Source: Cetorhinus maximus (lineage: Eukaryota). From it: a stretch of 64,000 bases of DNA. The notes beneath the pieces were generated by a model, which had not been told where the DNA came from, did no database searches, and worked only from the letters and a program-made list of their open reading frames with translations. Position numbers and translations under genes: made by a program. The stretch covers positions 128,960,001 through 129,024,000 of the forward strand of contig NC_135887.1 in NCBI RefSeq assembly GCF_964194155.1. The letters run 5' to 3'. Positions within the stretch are counted from its first letter, which is position 1. Each line of letters opens with the position of its first letter. This document shows, one piece after another, positions 50,271 to 62,802 of this stretch.

Positions 50271-51249
50271 GATTCCCACCCACCCCCCCCCTTTTTTTTT
50301 TTAACAATCATTCTCTGCACATGCAGACGTCAGACAGGCTCACTAAGGCTGTTAAATATCTTAGAAACAGTATCAAGGATTGAGAATTTAAATAATTGTC
50401 TGTTCAGAAGAAGCTGCCAAATACATATTTGAACAACTCAAATGGAATGTCTATACTTGAATTGAATGGCTTAGCCCCCTCCCTTTGTTTTCCCTTCAGA
50501 CAAACCATCTAATTGTTGTAAATTGCCATGTCAAAATTGAGTGGAACATTCCTTTATAAGCCAAGCTGTTTTTAACCCCTTACATACCATAAAAATTAAA
50601 GAGGTTCATGTCAGTTAAATCCTGGATAAAAATGGTTGTATAATTATGTGCAATGCAGATCTTGATTTTTAGGACATTCCATTGGACTTCTAATGCCAGA
50701 AAATTATTTTTATAATGAAGTTTTTTTCCTCATCTTCTTTTAACATACTGAGTTAAGATGCAGTCTTTAATCAGTAATATAGATTTTACTCAACTTTCAG
50801 AGGCATTTGATCCCATTACATCATAAGAAAAACCTTAATTTACTCAAGTGGCCATACAACAATATTGATGTTTGACCCCAGTAGTCTATAGATGTTTTTT
50901 AAAATATTAGTTTCATCCCTCACTTCCATACATTACCACCCAAATCAACTCCCAAAAGTCCCCTTTCTAGGCTACTTTCACCATTTTATACTATCAAAAT
51001 TTCCCTAGCTAGTAACGTTAACCTTTATTTGTAGAGTTATCGATACTCTTCATTCATTGTAACCGCTCTGAACACTCTTACCTTCATATTCTAAGATGTA
51101 TCTTGAGTTTTAAACCAGAACTCTGGTGACATAAATATGAACATTTTTTATGCCATGTATAACTTGAAGGTCAATATTTTTGTTCCTCATCATCATTAAT
51201 TTTGAGTCCACACATTTAAATTTCTTGGGTATTTGAGAACTTGAGTATT

Positions 51250-51925
51250 GCTGAAAAAAGAGATATGCTGTCAAAGCTTTCTGTCTTGCACTCATCAGGG
51301 CAGACAGAAGAATAGCAAGTTTCAAAGGGAACAGCAATTTATATGAGAAAGGGTGCTGATTGGTTACCAAGTGAACTTTGATTGGTTGAGCATTGCCATG
51401 GAGAATGCACTAGGGAACAGTTATTCCCCCAATTTTTTGTTTAAATTCTAAAAAGGCAAGTTGACTCTGATTGGTCAAGGCATTGCCTTGAGGAATGCAC
51501 CAGAGAACAGTTGCCCCCCATCAATCAGAGCCCACTTGCCAATCAATCAACACCCTTTTCTCTTAGACCATAAGACCTAGGAGCAGAAGTAGGCCATTCG
51601 GCCCATTGAGTCTGCTCCATCATTCAATGAGATCATGGCTAATCTGATAATCCTCAATTCCACTTTTCTGCCTTGTCCCCATAACCTTTGATTTCCTTAC
51701 TGATTAAAAATCTCTCTATCTCAGCCTTGAAAATACTTAATGACCAGCCTCTATAGCCCTCTGCTGTAAAGAATTCCACAGATTCACTACCCTCTGAGAG
51801 AAGAAATCCCTCCTCATCTCTTGCAATCTAAATTGTTGTTCCCTTTGAAATTTTCTGTTCTTGCATTTGTTCCCTGAGTGCAAGACGAAAAACTTCAATG
51901 GCATGTCTCTTTTTTCAGCAATACA
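51250..51925. mobile_element. Second Penelope family: inverted pseudo-LTR pair with a CR1 tail (~51565-51820, minus) inserted
   Basis: 51250-51345 is the reverse complement of 51825-51925; similar to 43560-43760. Confidence 0.68.
51268..51303 (-). ncRNA. Degenerate minimal hammerhead motif
   Basis: Minus strand CUGAUGA-GU(gcaag)AC-A-GAAA-GCUUU; very short stem II and weak stem I. Confidence 0.4.
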
Positions 51926-52942
51926 CATTTTAATTTGTTGATACTGTCTTGACTTTTATTAATAATTATAATTAAGTGTATAACTTTTAAAAGTTTTTAT
52001 TTGGATATCCTTTTCTGTCCATTTGTCCAGATTTATTCCCAGTGTGGTTTTGTGGTTTGTTGGTTTTGTCTCCAAGTTTACTTCTGGTTTTACCAATTTT
52101 AAGGACTTCTTCTCTAATTCATCCTAATTACCTTTCATTACAACCATCCCTTTGCTGTTGGTTTACTGCTCTTTCATTAACGCACTCCCTTTTTTCTCCC
52201 ATTCAGAGCAATTTTGCAACCTAGTTTAAGAATTCTTTCTTTTGTAAAATGTTAGCACATTTTAACCTAATCTCCTGGTTCCAAATGTATTCATTCTGGC
52301 ATTTTGTTTCCATCCACAATGCAGTTCCAGTTGCATTTTATTTTGTGTTGAGCTACTCTTGGTGAGACATATCACTATCAGTATAATGAGACACTTTTGT
52401 CACCTATTGCAAACACTGAACGTTCCTTATCAGTTATAGGTCAAAGTCTGGTTAGATGCAGAATGAAGTTCCCTTTCCTGTGCCATTACATTTTGCTACT
52501 ATCCACATGTTGAATATGACACATTTTGATCAGTTTTATTTCTTGGGCCTAATCCCAGTTGAAGCTACTTTGAACTGTCTAAATAAATTTCACTTGGGGA
52601 CACTTATAGCCAACAAAGAGGTGAGAGGGGGTTTCCATCTTAGCTGCTTGTACTGGATTCCAACACAGGACTCAGAGATCGAACAACAATATACTAAACT
52701 TTGCTACCCAACTACATTATCCAAAACACTAGGCCAGATTTTATTTTTTAAAACTATGCCCCCCTTCCCACCCCTGTTTCCCCCCACCTCATCATCTCCT
52801 TCTTCACTATTTCAACTGCCTAAATTCCACTTCATCCCTTGTCGTCACCAGCAGAACCAGCTATTAATACTTCTTTTAAATCTATCTTTCAATTATTTAA
52901 CCATAGAATCTTACAGCACAGAAGGGCGCTATTTGGCCCATT

Positions 52943-53528
52943 GGACAGAATTTTGCCTTCGTCGGGCAGGCGTGGCGGGTGGGCCTGGCCCGCCATCGGG
53001 CCCCAATCGCGATTTCATGCTGGCTGGTTAATTAGCGGCTAGCCAGGGTGAAACGCGCACCAGGGTGGGGGCGGGAGAAGCATGAGTGCTGAAGTTTGTG
53101 CATGCGCGCGGGTGCGTGCAATAAAAGCTCCCTGAGGCACAGAGCTGAAGATTTTTAACCATAAAAATAAAGATGTTTGAAATCATGAAAACATGTCCCC
53201 GCTCATGTGACTCTGTCACATGAGCAGGGATATGTTAAATAGGAGTGTAAAAAGTTTTTCTTTAATCACTGGTTGAAACCTCATCCCGCCTGTGGATGAG
53301 GTTTCACCAAAACTGCAAAGGCCGCTTTTCACCCGCCCGCCAGCTAAATGGTTGGACAGGCAGCGAAAATTTCTACTGAATTGATTAAGGGCCTTAATAG
53401 GCTGCTTAATTGTTTGCAGGCGACTGAAATATTGTGCTAGTGCGAGACGCTCGTCTGATGTCATCGCGTGTCATTTTACGCTCATTCGGGTCGGATGTGC
53501 GCCCACCAACAAGAGAAAAATTCTGCCC
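52943..53528. mobile_element. Harbinger-family MITE
   Basis: GGACAGAATTTT and AAAATTCTGCCC; TSD ATT (52940-52942, 53529-53531); inserted in a CR1 tail. Confidence 0.88.
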
Positions 53529-54184
53529 ATTGCATGTGTGTCAGCCCTTTGAAAGTGTTGTCTAATTTAGTATCACAACCCAGTTTTTATTTCCCATAAC
53601 TCTGCAAATTAGTTCTCCTCAAGTACATGCCCAATTTCCTTTTGAAAGTTCCTCTGGAATCTGAATCCCCTAACTTTTCCTGTAGTCTACTGCAGATTTG
53701 AACAACCCTCTGTATGTCAAAAATTCTTCTTGGGCTGCATTTTAGAAGGGTGTGGAAGGGTGGTGTGGTGCTGGGGAGGTGGCGGATGGCTCACCCTCGT
53801 CCCCTCCCGGAAGGTGCTTGCTATCCTGGAAGAAAAGTCGGCTGGAAACAGACTGGCTCTGTGCAAGCCCATCTCACAGTCATAATACGATGCGTGCGGG
53901 CTGAATTGGCTAACAGCGGGACTCCCGCCTTTGACTGGGAAGGAAGCCCCGACCTCAGGAGCTGCCAGCCAATTTGACTGGCCGGCAGCTCCAGGAGTCC
54001 CAGCAGAGTTGAGAGCTCAGTAGTGGGTGCAGCTGGGACTGAAAACAGTTCCCTGAAGAAGGCCCAATGGAGTGAGGTAAGTCTGGGGTACTGGGTGGGG
54101 AGAGTTTGACCAGCTTAAGGATTTGCGTCTGGGCGGGGAGCGGTGCACGGGCGTGATGGGGAGCAGTGGAGTTTGGTGAGCAGA

Positions 54185-56712
54185 GGCAGAATTTTGAGTT
54201 CAGTGGGTGGGCACGATTGGCCTGGAAACGGGCCGCAATCCGCGATCGGCCCTTGACCGTGATTTCACACTGGCGGGCCACTTAAGGCCCGCCCAGCGTG
54301 ATACGCAGCACCTCACTGGTCAGTACAGGCTGAACGGGGGCGGGAGCCTGTCAGCCACCGGTCCAATGGCGACCCGGCAGCCGGTTTAAAAATGGCCCAG
54401 GCAGCCCCTGACAGGCTGCCACGGAAGAACATCGCTTCTACGTTAGCAAAGTGATGGAGTTGAGTGCGACTGGAGACGCCAGGCGGGAAGGCAGGTTAGG
54501 TTGGTACTTGGCCCTCCGCTTTTCAGATGAGTGCCTCGTAGTCCTCCTGGTGGAGGTGACTGCCAGGAGGGACACCCTTGTCCCAGAGATGGAAGGAGGA
54601 GACCACCGCAGCTCACAAAGAGGGCATGGGAGGAGGCGGCAGCGCTGGTTAGCAGCCTTGACGCTGTGCGGCACACGTGGGTGCAGTGCCGGAAGAGGTT
54701 CAATGACCTGCTGAGCTCAGGAAGGGTGAGCACCATGTGGGTATGGGTCAATGTGCAGAAATGTTGAGGCGTAGCCGTCCCCGCATGGACCTCAGGGATG
54801 CAAGAGTCTGAGTGTCAACTGTCAATGACACTGGAGCTGGCCAAGGGGGTGAGCCCTGGCTCCTTGGACTGAGTGCCTTCCGGATTGAGGGCCACCGCTT
54901 AGATGTGCCCTGCGAGGTGTTCGTCAGGTGGGGTTGGCCTGGTTGCAATGGCGTTGCAGGTGGAGAGTGGATTAATCAATGCTCCGCTATCCTTTCAGAA
55001 GAAGACAAGCCATAACCAAGCAGAGAGGTCACGTACAGCTGGAGGCCTGCCCAACCTGCTGCTGCTCACCAGGTTTGAGCAGGATGCCCTTGAGCTGGAG
55101 AGATGTACACTCCACATGCAACCGGGCATGGAGAGGCGGGGGTGCCAAACGAAGGTAAGAGTGCAGTGCAAAGAGATGAGGGTTTTGGATTGTGCAACCA
55201 TTCTATTGAAGTCTCTTCATTGATGGGAGCCTCAAACCTGGAGTCGCCCTAGAAGGACGATGGCACTGTGATGCAGATCTCCATTGTCTCACCAGGGTGC
55301 CTGGCATGCACAATAACAGTGTGATAACTTCAACTAATGACATGCCCTTGTTCCCCTTTTAGATTCGCCAGCATGCACTCGCTCTCTGGACCCCAAAGAC
55401 CTACTCCTGTCTCCGGAGGACCAGGCTTCATTTGCACCTGCGTCACACCTGCTCTCTGATCCAGGCACAAGTGCAGATGCCAGCACCTCAGTGGGCATTA
55501 GATTGGCGGCTAGAATGTCAGTGCACATTGGTAAGGGCAGTTCACACTCACTTGAGGTGCAGGTGGATGCCGAGAGTGCCCAGGGCGCTGGCAGTCAGAG
55601 GACTCCTGGGGACCAGGACGATGCTCAGTCAAAGGCAGATGATGAGCCTCTGGAATTGTCCATAAGATGGCAGATGCTGGATGTCCAATGGGATGAGCGG
55701 GAGGATCTGGTGGAGATCCATGAGGGTTCGTGCGCCGTAGTCTCCGTCGTGGAGGAGTCCATGCGGAGCATGAACACTGCTTTGACCCTCACGGCCGAGC
55801 GCACTGCCTCCTCCATTGAGAGAATGGCGACTCTTTTGGAGAGGCAGCTCCAGGGACAGAATGATGGGTTCCTGGGGTTGCGCTCGGACCTGCAAACCCT
55901 CACACAGGCAATGACCTCATGTGGTCACTGCCAGTGTGGGAGATGGATTAGGCACCCAGTATCCCAGCTAGATGCCCGTCCATCATTGGTGAGCAGGGAG
56001 GTCAGAGCGACCTTACGTTGGTGCTCAACATGCTTGTCATCCCTGCGGGCTCCTCTCATGGTGTTCTGGATGACGGCAGCAGCTCCTCTGCCCCTCCACC
56101 AGTGACCGTTGCATCTGATGAGGCTGCGATGACTGGGAAGATGCCAGCCATGGCACTGGCCGCTCCTTCCTAGGTGGGGCCAGCACAGGCTGCATGGGCC
56201 AGAGGACGACCACCAAGGTCATTAAGGTCAACAAGACAGCAGAATCAGCAGGCTGTCTCCATTGCCGGTGCCAGCGAGGGGGTGGGGGGGGGTGGTGGGG
56301 GGGGAGGCACCAAGATGTAGCACTCGCAAACATAAGTTAAAGGCACCATAAGCACAAGAGGAACAGTTCAAGGATGATTTTCTGTTCATTTATGTTTGGT
56401 TTCTATGTCTGCTGGTGTGGACATCAACACCAGTAATGGTAATGTCATTATGCTTTCAATGTGACAACAACATTAAATTTACTTTGGTTCTGATGGCCTT
56501 AGTATGCTTCACCTTTTTTCCTTCTGGTGCAGGGTATGCCAGTATGTAATGCTGGATGTGAGTGGCTTGATAATTTATTGCATGGGCATTGAGTGGACTT
56601 TGGGTGCAAATGAAAGGGTAATTTCAGACATCCGGGATAGAGGTGGCAGCCATGGCATGAGGTGGAAGCAGATCTTTGGTCACCTAGCTGAATGAGTGTT
56701 GGATCAAGGCAC
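54185..56712. mobile_element. Truncated Harbinger: left TIR, Myb/SANT gene and only the last codons of the transposase
   Basis: GGCAGAATTTT at 54185. Minus-strand ALIQHSFS* at ~56683-56710 matches NLIQRTFS* of the first copy. Cut by an inverted SINE head at ~56712-56810. Confidence 0.82.
54454..56340 (+). pseudogene. Harbinger Myb/SANT partner gene, three exons (~54454-54725, 54999-55154, 55363-56340), disrupted
   Basis: ALRFSDECLVVLLVEVTARRDTL, KRAWEEAAALVSSLDAVRHTWVQCRKRFNDLLSSGR, donor GTGAG 54726; TTTCAG|KKTSHNQAERSRTAGG, donor GTAAG 55155; acceptor TTTTAG ending 55362; GLRSDLQ motif shared with 2654-3535. Confidence 0.8.
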
Positions 56713-57069
56713 TGTGAATTTAAATTCCACCAGTTGCTGTGTTGGAATTTGAACCCATGTCCCCATTAGTCTGGGCCTCTGGATTATTAGTCCAGTGGTA
56801 CCACCACCATAGCTTGTTCCTTACTTGCTCTCGCAAACCTTTCAAAATCATAATTTTTAATCAAGTACTAATTCAGTGAAGAATGTTAATAGCTGTTCCC
56901 AGTGAATCAAGGATGGGTTACAAGATTCGTGATCCATGTTGCTTCTGTCTATTTCCTATGCCACCTAATCATTTTGAGCCATGCAAACCATGAAATAAAA
57001 CTAAACTTTTGTCCTGCCAACAACAGACCAATTACCATTTGAGGGTTCACAAGTACATCAGAAAATGAT

Positions 57070-60000
57070 GGGGAGGCGGTGGTGTAGTGGTATTGTTGCT
57101 AGACTAGTAATCCAGAGACCCAAGGTAATGTCCTGGGGACACGGGTTTGAATCCCACCATGGCAGATGTTGGAATTTGAATTCAATTGAAATCTGGAATT
57201 AAAGTCTATTAATGACCACGAAACCATTGTCCTAAAAACCCATCTGGCCCTTTAGGGGAGGAAATCTGCCGTCCTTACCTGGTCTGGTCTACAGGTACTC
57301 AACCACAGCAATGTGGTTGACTCTGAAATGGCCTAGTAAGCCACTTAGTTGAATCAAAGCCTAAAGAGATTGGAACCAGACGGTTCTAGGCACCAGAAAT
57401 GACAATGGCAAACCCTGTCGGCTGTGCAAAATCCTTCTTACTAACATTTGGGGGCTAATGTGAGCTGACACACAGACTAGTCAAGCAACAGCCTGACATA
57501 GTCATCGTCACGGAATCAAACCTAATAGGCAATGTCCCAGGTACCATGATCACCATCCCTGGGTATGTCCTGTCCACAGGTAGGACAGACCCATTCGGGA
57601 GGGAGTTACCTCGACTCCGGGCACCATGAAGTCTCATAGCATCAGGTCAAACATGGGCAAGGAAACCTCCTGCTGAATACCAGATATTACTGCTCCGTCG
57701 ACCCCCTTTCCCCCTCAGCTGATGAATCAATACTCCTCCATGTTGAACACCACTTGCAGGAAGCACTGAGGGTGGCAAGGGCCAGGCAAGGGCACAGAAT
57801 GTACTCTGGGTGGGTGACTTCAATGTCCATCACCAAGAGTGGCTCGGTAGCACCACTACTGACTGAGCTGGCCTAGCCCTAAAGGGCATAGCGTGTCTGC
57901 GCCAGGTGGTGAGAGGACCAACAAGAGGGAAAAACATACTTGAACTCATCCACACCAATCTGCCTGCCACAGATGCATCTGTCCATGAGGGTATCGGTAG
58001 GAGTGACCACTTTTGTAGACAAAGCCTCGTCTTCATAATGAAGGTATCCTGCAGTGTGTTGTATGGCACTACCACTGTGCTAAATGGGATAGATGGGATA
58101 GACTTCGAGCATATCTAGCAACTCATGACTGGGCGACCATTAGGCGCTGTGGGCCATCATCAGTAGCAGCAGTATTGTACTCAACCACAATCTGCAACCT
58201 ATAGCCCGGTAAATCCCCCACTCTACCATTACCAAGCCAGGGGATCAATCCTGGTTCAATGAACAGTGCAGGAGGGCATGCCAGGAGCAGCACCAGGCAT
58301 ACCTATAAATGAGGTGTCAACCTAATGAAGCTACAACACAAGACCAATTGTGTGCCAAACAGCATAAGCAGCAAGTGATAAACAGAGCTAAGCGATTCCA
58401 CAACCAACAGACCAGATCTAAGCTCTGCAGTCCTGCTGCATCCAGTCGTGAATGGTGATGGACATTAAACTACTCACTGGAGGCGGACGCTCTACAAATA
58501 CCCCAACTTCAATGATGGAGGAGCCCAGCACATCAGTGCAAAAGATAAGGCTGAAGCATTCGCAACAATCATCAGCCAGAAGTGTCGACTGGATGATCAA
58601 TCTCAGCCTCCTCTGGAGGTCCCCAGCATCACAGATTGTCTTCAGCCAATTCAATTCACTCCATGTGATATCAAGAAACAGCTGAAGGCACTGGATATTG
58701 CAAAGGCTATGGGCCCTGACAATATTCCGGCAATAATACTGAAGAGCTGTGCTCCAGAACTTGCCGCGCCCCTAGCCAAGCTGTTCCAGTACAGCAACAG
58801 CACTGGCATCTACCCAGCAATGTGGAAAATTGCCCAGGTATGACCTGTACAAAAAAAAGCAGGACCCAAATCCACCCTGGCCGCTTACCGCCCCTCAACC
58901 TACTCTGAGTTATTAGTAAAGTGATGGAAGAGATCATCAACAGAGTTATCAAGCGGCACTTGCTTAGCAATAACCTGCTCATTGACGCTCAGTTTGGGCT
59001 TCGCCAGGGTCACTCAGCTTCTGACCTCATTACAAACATGAACAAAAGAGCTGAACTCCAGAGGTGAGGTGAGAGTGACTGCCCTTGACATCAAGGCAGC
59101 ATTTATCCAGGTATGGAATCAAAGAGTCCTAGCAAAACTGGAGCCAATGAGAATCAAGAGGAAAACTCTACTGGTTGTGGTTGTTGGAGGTCAATCATCT
59201 CAGTTCCAGGACATTGCTGCCGGAGTTCCTCAAAGTCTTGTCCTAGGTCCAATCACCTTCAGTTGCTTCATCAATGACCTTCCTCCCATCATGAGATCAG
59301 AAGTAGGGATGTTCACTGATGATTGCACAATGTTCAGCACCATTCGTGACTCCTCAGATACTGAAGCAGTCCATGTCCAAATGCAGCAAGATCTGGACAA
59401 TATCCAGGCTTGGGCTGACAAATGGCAAGTAACATTTGTGCCACACAAATGCCAGGAAATGACCATCTCCAACAAGAGAGAACCTAACCATTGCCCTATG
59501 ACGTTCAATGGCATTACCATCACTGAATCCCCCACTATCAACATCCTGGGGATTACCATTGACCAGAAACTGAACTGGACTAGACATATAAATATTATGG
59601 CTACAAGACCAGGTCAGAAGATAGGAATCCTGTGGTGAGTAACTCACCTCCTGACTCCCCAAAGCCTGTCTGCCATCTACAAGGCACAAGCGAGGAGTGT
59701 GATGGAATACTGTCCACTTGCCTGGATGAGTGCAGCTCCAACAACACTCAAGAAGCTTGTCACCATCCAGGACAAAGCAGCCTGCTTGAATGGCACCCCA
59801 TCCACAAGATGCGCTGCAGGAACTCACCAAGGCTCCTTAGACTGCACCTTTGAAACCCACGAGCACTACCATCTAGAGGGACAAAGGCAGCAGACACATG
59901 GGACCACCATAACCTGGATATTCCTCTCCAAGCCACTCACTATCCTGATTTGGAAATATATTGCCATTCATTCACTGTCACAGGGTCAAAATCCTGGAAC

Positions 60001-60145
60001 TCCATAACAGTATAGTGGGTGTACTGCATGGACTGCAGTGGCTCAAAAAGGCAGCTCACCAACACCTTCTCAAGGACAATTAGGGCTGGGCAATAAATGC
60101 TGGCCTAGCCAGTGACGCCCACATCCCATCAATGAATAAAAGAAA
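57070..60145 (+). mobile_element. Near full-length LINE (APE endonuclease + RT, CR1/L2-group-like) with a tRNA-SINE-type 5' end; decayed
   Basis: LTNIWGL, QPDIVIVTES, VLWVGDFNVHH, TRGKNILELI, GRSDH, PWFNEQCRRAC, KAMGPDNIP, QFGLRQGHS, ALDIKAAF, GVPQSLVLGP..FSCFIND, MFTDDCT, MEYCPLAW; tail CACATCCCATCAATGAATAAAA. Confidence 0.88.
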
Positions 60146-60839
60146 CCTACCCTGATGGAGTTATGTGTCCTTTAAATGGCGTTCTCTGCATCAATAATAG
60201 CCCCTGCACAAAAAACAGTGTATGACTGCTCAGGAAAACCCAGCCTACTCTCAGAAAACTGTTGGCATTCTTAATGCTACTTAATTAAATTTGTCACTAT
60301 AGTGTGATGTCACATGGGAAAAAGTATGAAGGAATGTTGGTTGGATTAGTGAAATTAATTTCTTAAATCTAAATAACATGAACAAATATTGCAGATTCAA
60401 TGAAAACTCAAAAAATAACTGATTAAACTGGAATTTTGTGACAGCTGAAGCACTCTATATCCAATCAACTACTTTGAAGCATTGGGAATATTCTTATGTG
60501 AAGAAGCAGCAGTAATTTTGTATGCAAGATGATCCCATAAACAAGGATGCACTAATTTGTTTTTTGCATTATTGGTGAGGGAAGAATGTTGGCCACGACT
60601 GCCTGCCCTCCAAATGATACCAAAGGCTCTTTCATGCCTATCTGAATCACTGGACGTGGCAGGTAGCAATGTAACACAGACACGAGTTATAAACATATTG
60701 TCAATTATTTGATCTATTGTTACAAGAGAATCACTGTTAATTCTGTGCCAGCTAGTTGACTTTCAGAAAAAATATGTTTGTAAAAAAAAACAAACTCAAG
60801 TAAGATAAAATGAGTCAGCACAAAATTGAAACTAGATCT

Positions 60840-62220
60840 TCAGACAGCGATAGCTGGATGATTAATAGACTTTTTGTTCACTTCCAAACTAATTGTCAGT
60901 TATTATAAAACCCAATGGCATGCAATTCACACGATAAAATTATTTTACATTTGTCTACCATCAACAAAAAAGATTCACGAAATTAATGCTGGAACGATCT
61001 GATTTTGCCAGATGCTGAAATCTATACGCATTTCAGGGGTCAATCGTTGTCAGTGTTTGGTGGTAGAAAGGTATTTGTAGCCATTGACTTCCGTTCTCGT
61101 TTGACAGGACGATGTGAATGTGTAGGAAATGTGGTGTTCGTCTTCTAGTCAGCATACTAGGATGCTTCAAACTAAGATGCACACTTAACGAACTGAAGAA
61201 TCCGTCATGCAAGGAGACCTATTGTGGAAGTGCTGTTTGATCTACATGTACGTACGAGCAGGGTCGATCCGCAGAGTGTTGCATTGCAGAAGAAACTGAG
61301 TGAAATCTACAGAACGGAACCGCTTGTAGTGGGTGAGGAGCAATGCAGTGATTAGTCTGCAACTATGAGCTTCCACGACACTAATAGTAATAAAGAACGA
61401 TATTGAGAGCTAAAAAACGTCGTTTTGGCACATTATTAGGCTGATCGTAGTCTGAACATACGATTTGAAACAATTAAAATATCATTTTAGCTCCAAGTAA
61501 ATCAAAACGTACGAGGTATCCAATGTATCCAAAGTCTCTTTTTTATACCGCTATGTGAATCATTTACATGTTTAGAGCTATTTATTTGAATGTATTAATA
61601 CACAGAATTGTCCGGAGAGCTTTAGATTTTGCTAGAAACCTCAACTTCAGTTCATCCAACGGCGTTGATGTGATTGTGAAGGATAACTGGAAAGCAAAAG
61701 CCTCAAAAGATTTTATATTCATTTGCTAATCGAGTTCTCCAAAGTTTGCAGTCAATTATAATAAAGCAGTGATTTCACTGTCAACAGTATCTTATAGTCA
61801 CCACCTAAGTTACACCGGAGAAGTTTAACTTAGGCGCATTTTGTTTACGTAAGACGAATTTTACTGTCTGTAATCGACTAATTATTGAAAAATGTGCTGA
61901 AGAAATTGCAGATGCTTCTATGATTACTTGCTTCTTTCACATACAACCCTTTTATAAATATCAGTTTGATAGCTTAAATTACGGATGAGGCAAAACATTG
62001 TAACACTGCTCTTTGGCGAGAAGATGCAATGAATGCTCTACTGTGCAGGCTTATGTGAAAACCCACTGTTCGTTTAGAGGGGAGTGATTATGCCTTATAG
62101 TCCTGCTGAAAAAGGAACAGACTGCTGCATGCCATTAGGCGTACTGTAAACTGTACTAAACCAGGTCACTGTTGCTGATAATGCTGCTTGGAACTTGAGA
62201 TGTCAGCTCACATTCAGGTA
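60840..62220 (+). promoter_or_regulatory. AT-rich, CpG-retaining region; candidate GAS2 promoter and non-coding first exon
   Basis: About 40 CpGs counted by eye in 60841-62160 versus near absence in ordinary flanks. No ORF of 60 aa or more. Candidate donor CAG|GTACAA at 62217/62218. Confidence 0.5.
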
Positions 62221-62660
62221 CAAAAAGGACTTTCTGAAACAAGAAAAAGTGTATAATTGGAAATTTCTTTAGCAAGCAACATTGTGTAGTGCCATTTGTA
62301 GTCAAGTACTGCAGTAGTTTGGGAACACGGTAAAATTTAAAATACTTAAAAATGTTTTATACTTAATGAAAAATATATATTTTTAATTTTGAAGTAAACC
62401 TTTTTGATTCTTGAAGTAAAATGTACGATCCTTTGCGATGATTCCAATCAATAGTAATTTGTGTTATTCTGAGTTTGAATCAATGTGTACAGATTCATTA
62501 TTTGTGCATTAATTTCAACTTCTGAAACATAAACACTAATATACTTCTGAACAAAAATTAAGTTTGTGCATAGTGTATCATCACCTGTTGTTATTCCTTC
62601 TATATCATGACAGACTGTTTATCTTTTTTTCTGTTAGACATTACAAGTGGATAAGGAAAG

Positions 62661-62802
62661 ATGTACAGCACATTCAGTCCAAAGGAGCCTGGGCCAAGCC
62701 TGTCCGATGTGCACCAATACAGTCAGTGGTTGGCAAGCAGGCATGAAGCTAGTTTATTACCAATGAAAGAAGACTTGGCTCTATGGTTGACAAATTTACT
62801 AG
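62661..62802 (+). CDS. GAS2: Growth arrest-specific protein 2, first coding exon (gene continues beyond the window)
   Basis: [47 protein letters not shown](G) matches the GAS2 N-terminus leading into the CH domain. Acceptor TTTTTTTCTGTTAG ends at 62637; donor GTAAG at 62803 (phase 1). Too short for the ORF track. Confidence 0.95.

Noticed and set aside
52456-53031. 191-aa ORF
   Set aside because: Runs across unrelated decayed repeats into a MITE; no recognisable domain.
57070-57165. tRNA gene
   Set aside because: A and B boxes are present, but the sequence continues into a repeat body found four times in the window, and no convincing cloverleaf was seen.
60790-62400. Decayed hAT transposase or viral gene as the cause of the CpG excess
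   Set aside because: No ORF of 60 aa or more, no motifs and no TIRs seen; not fully excluded without a translated search.
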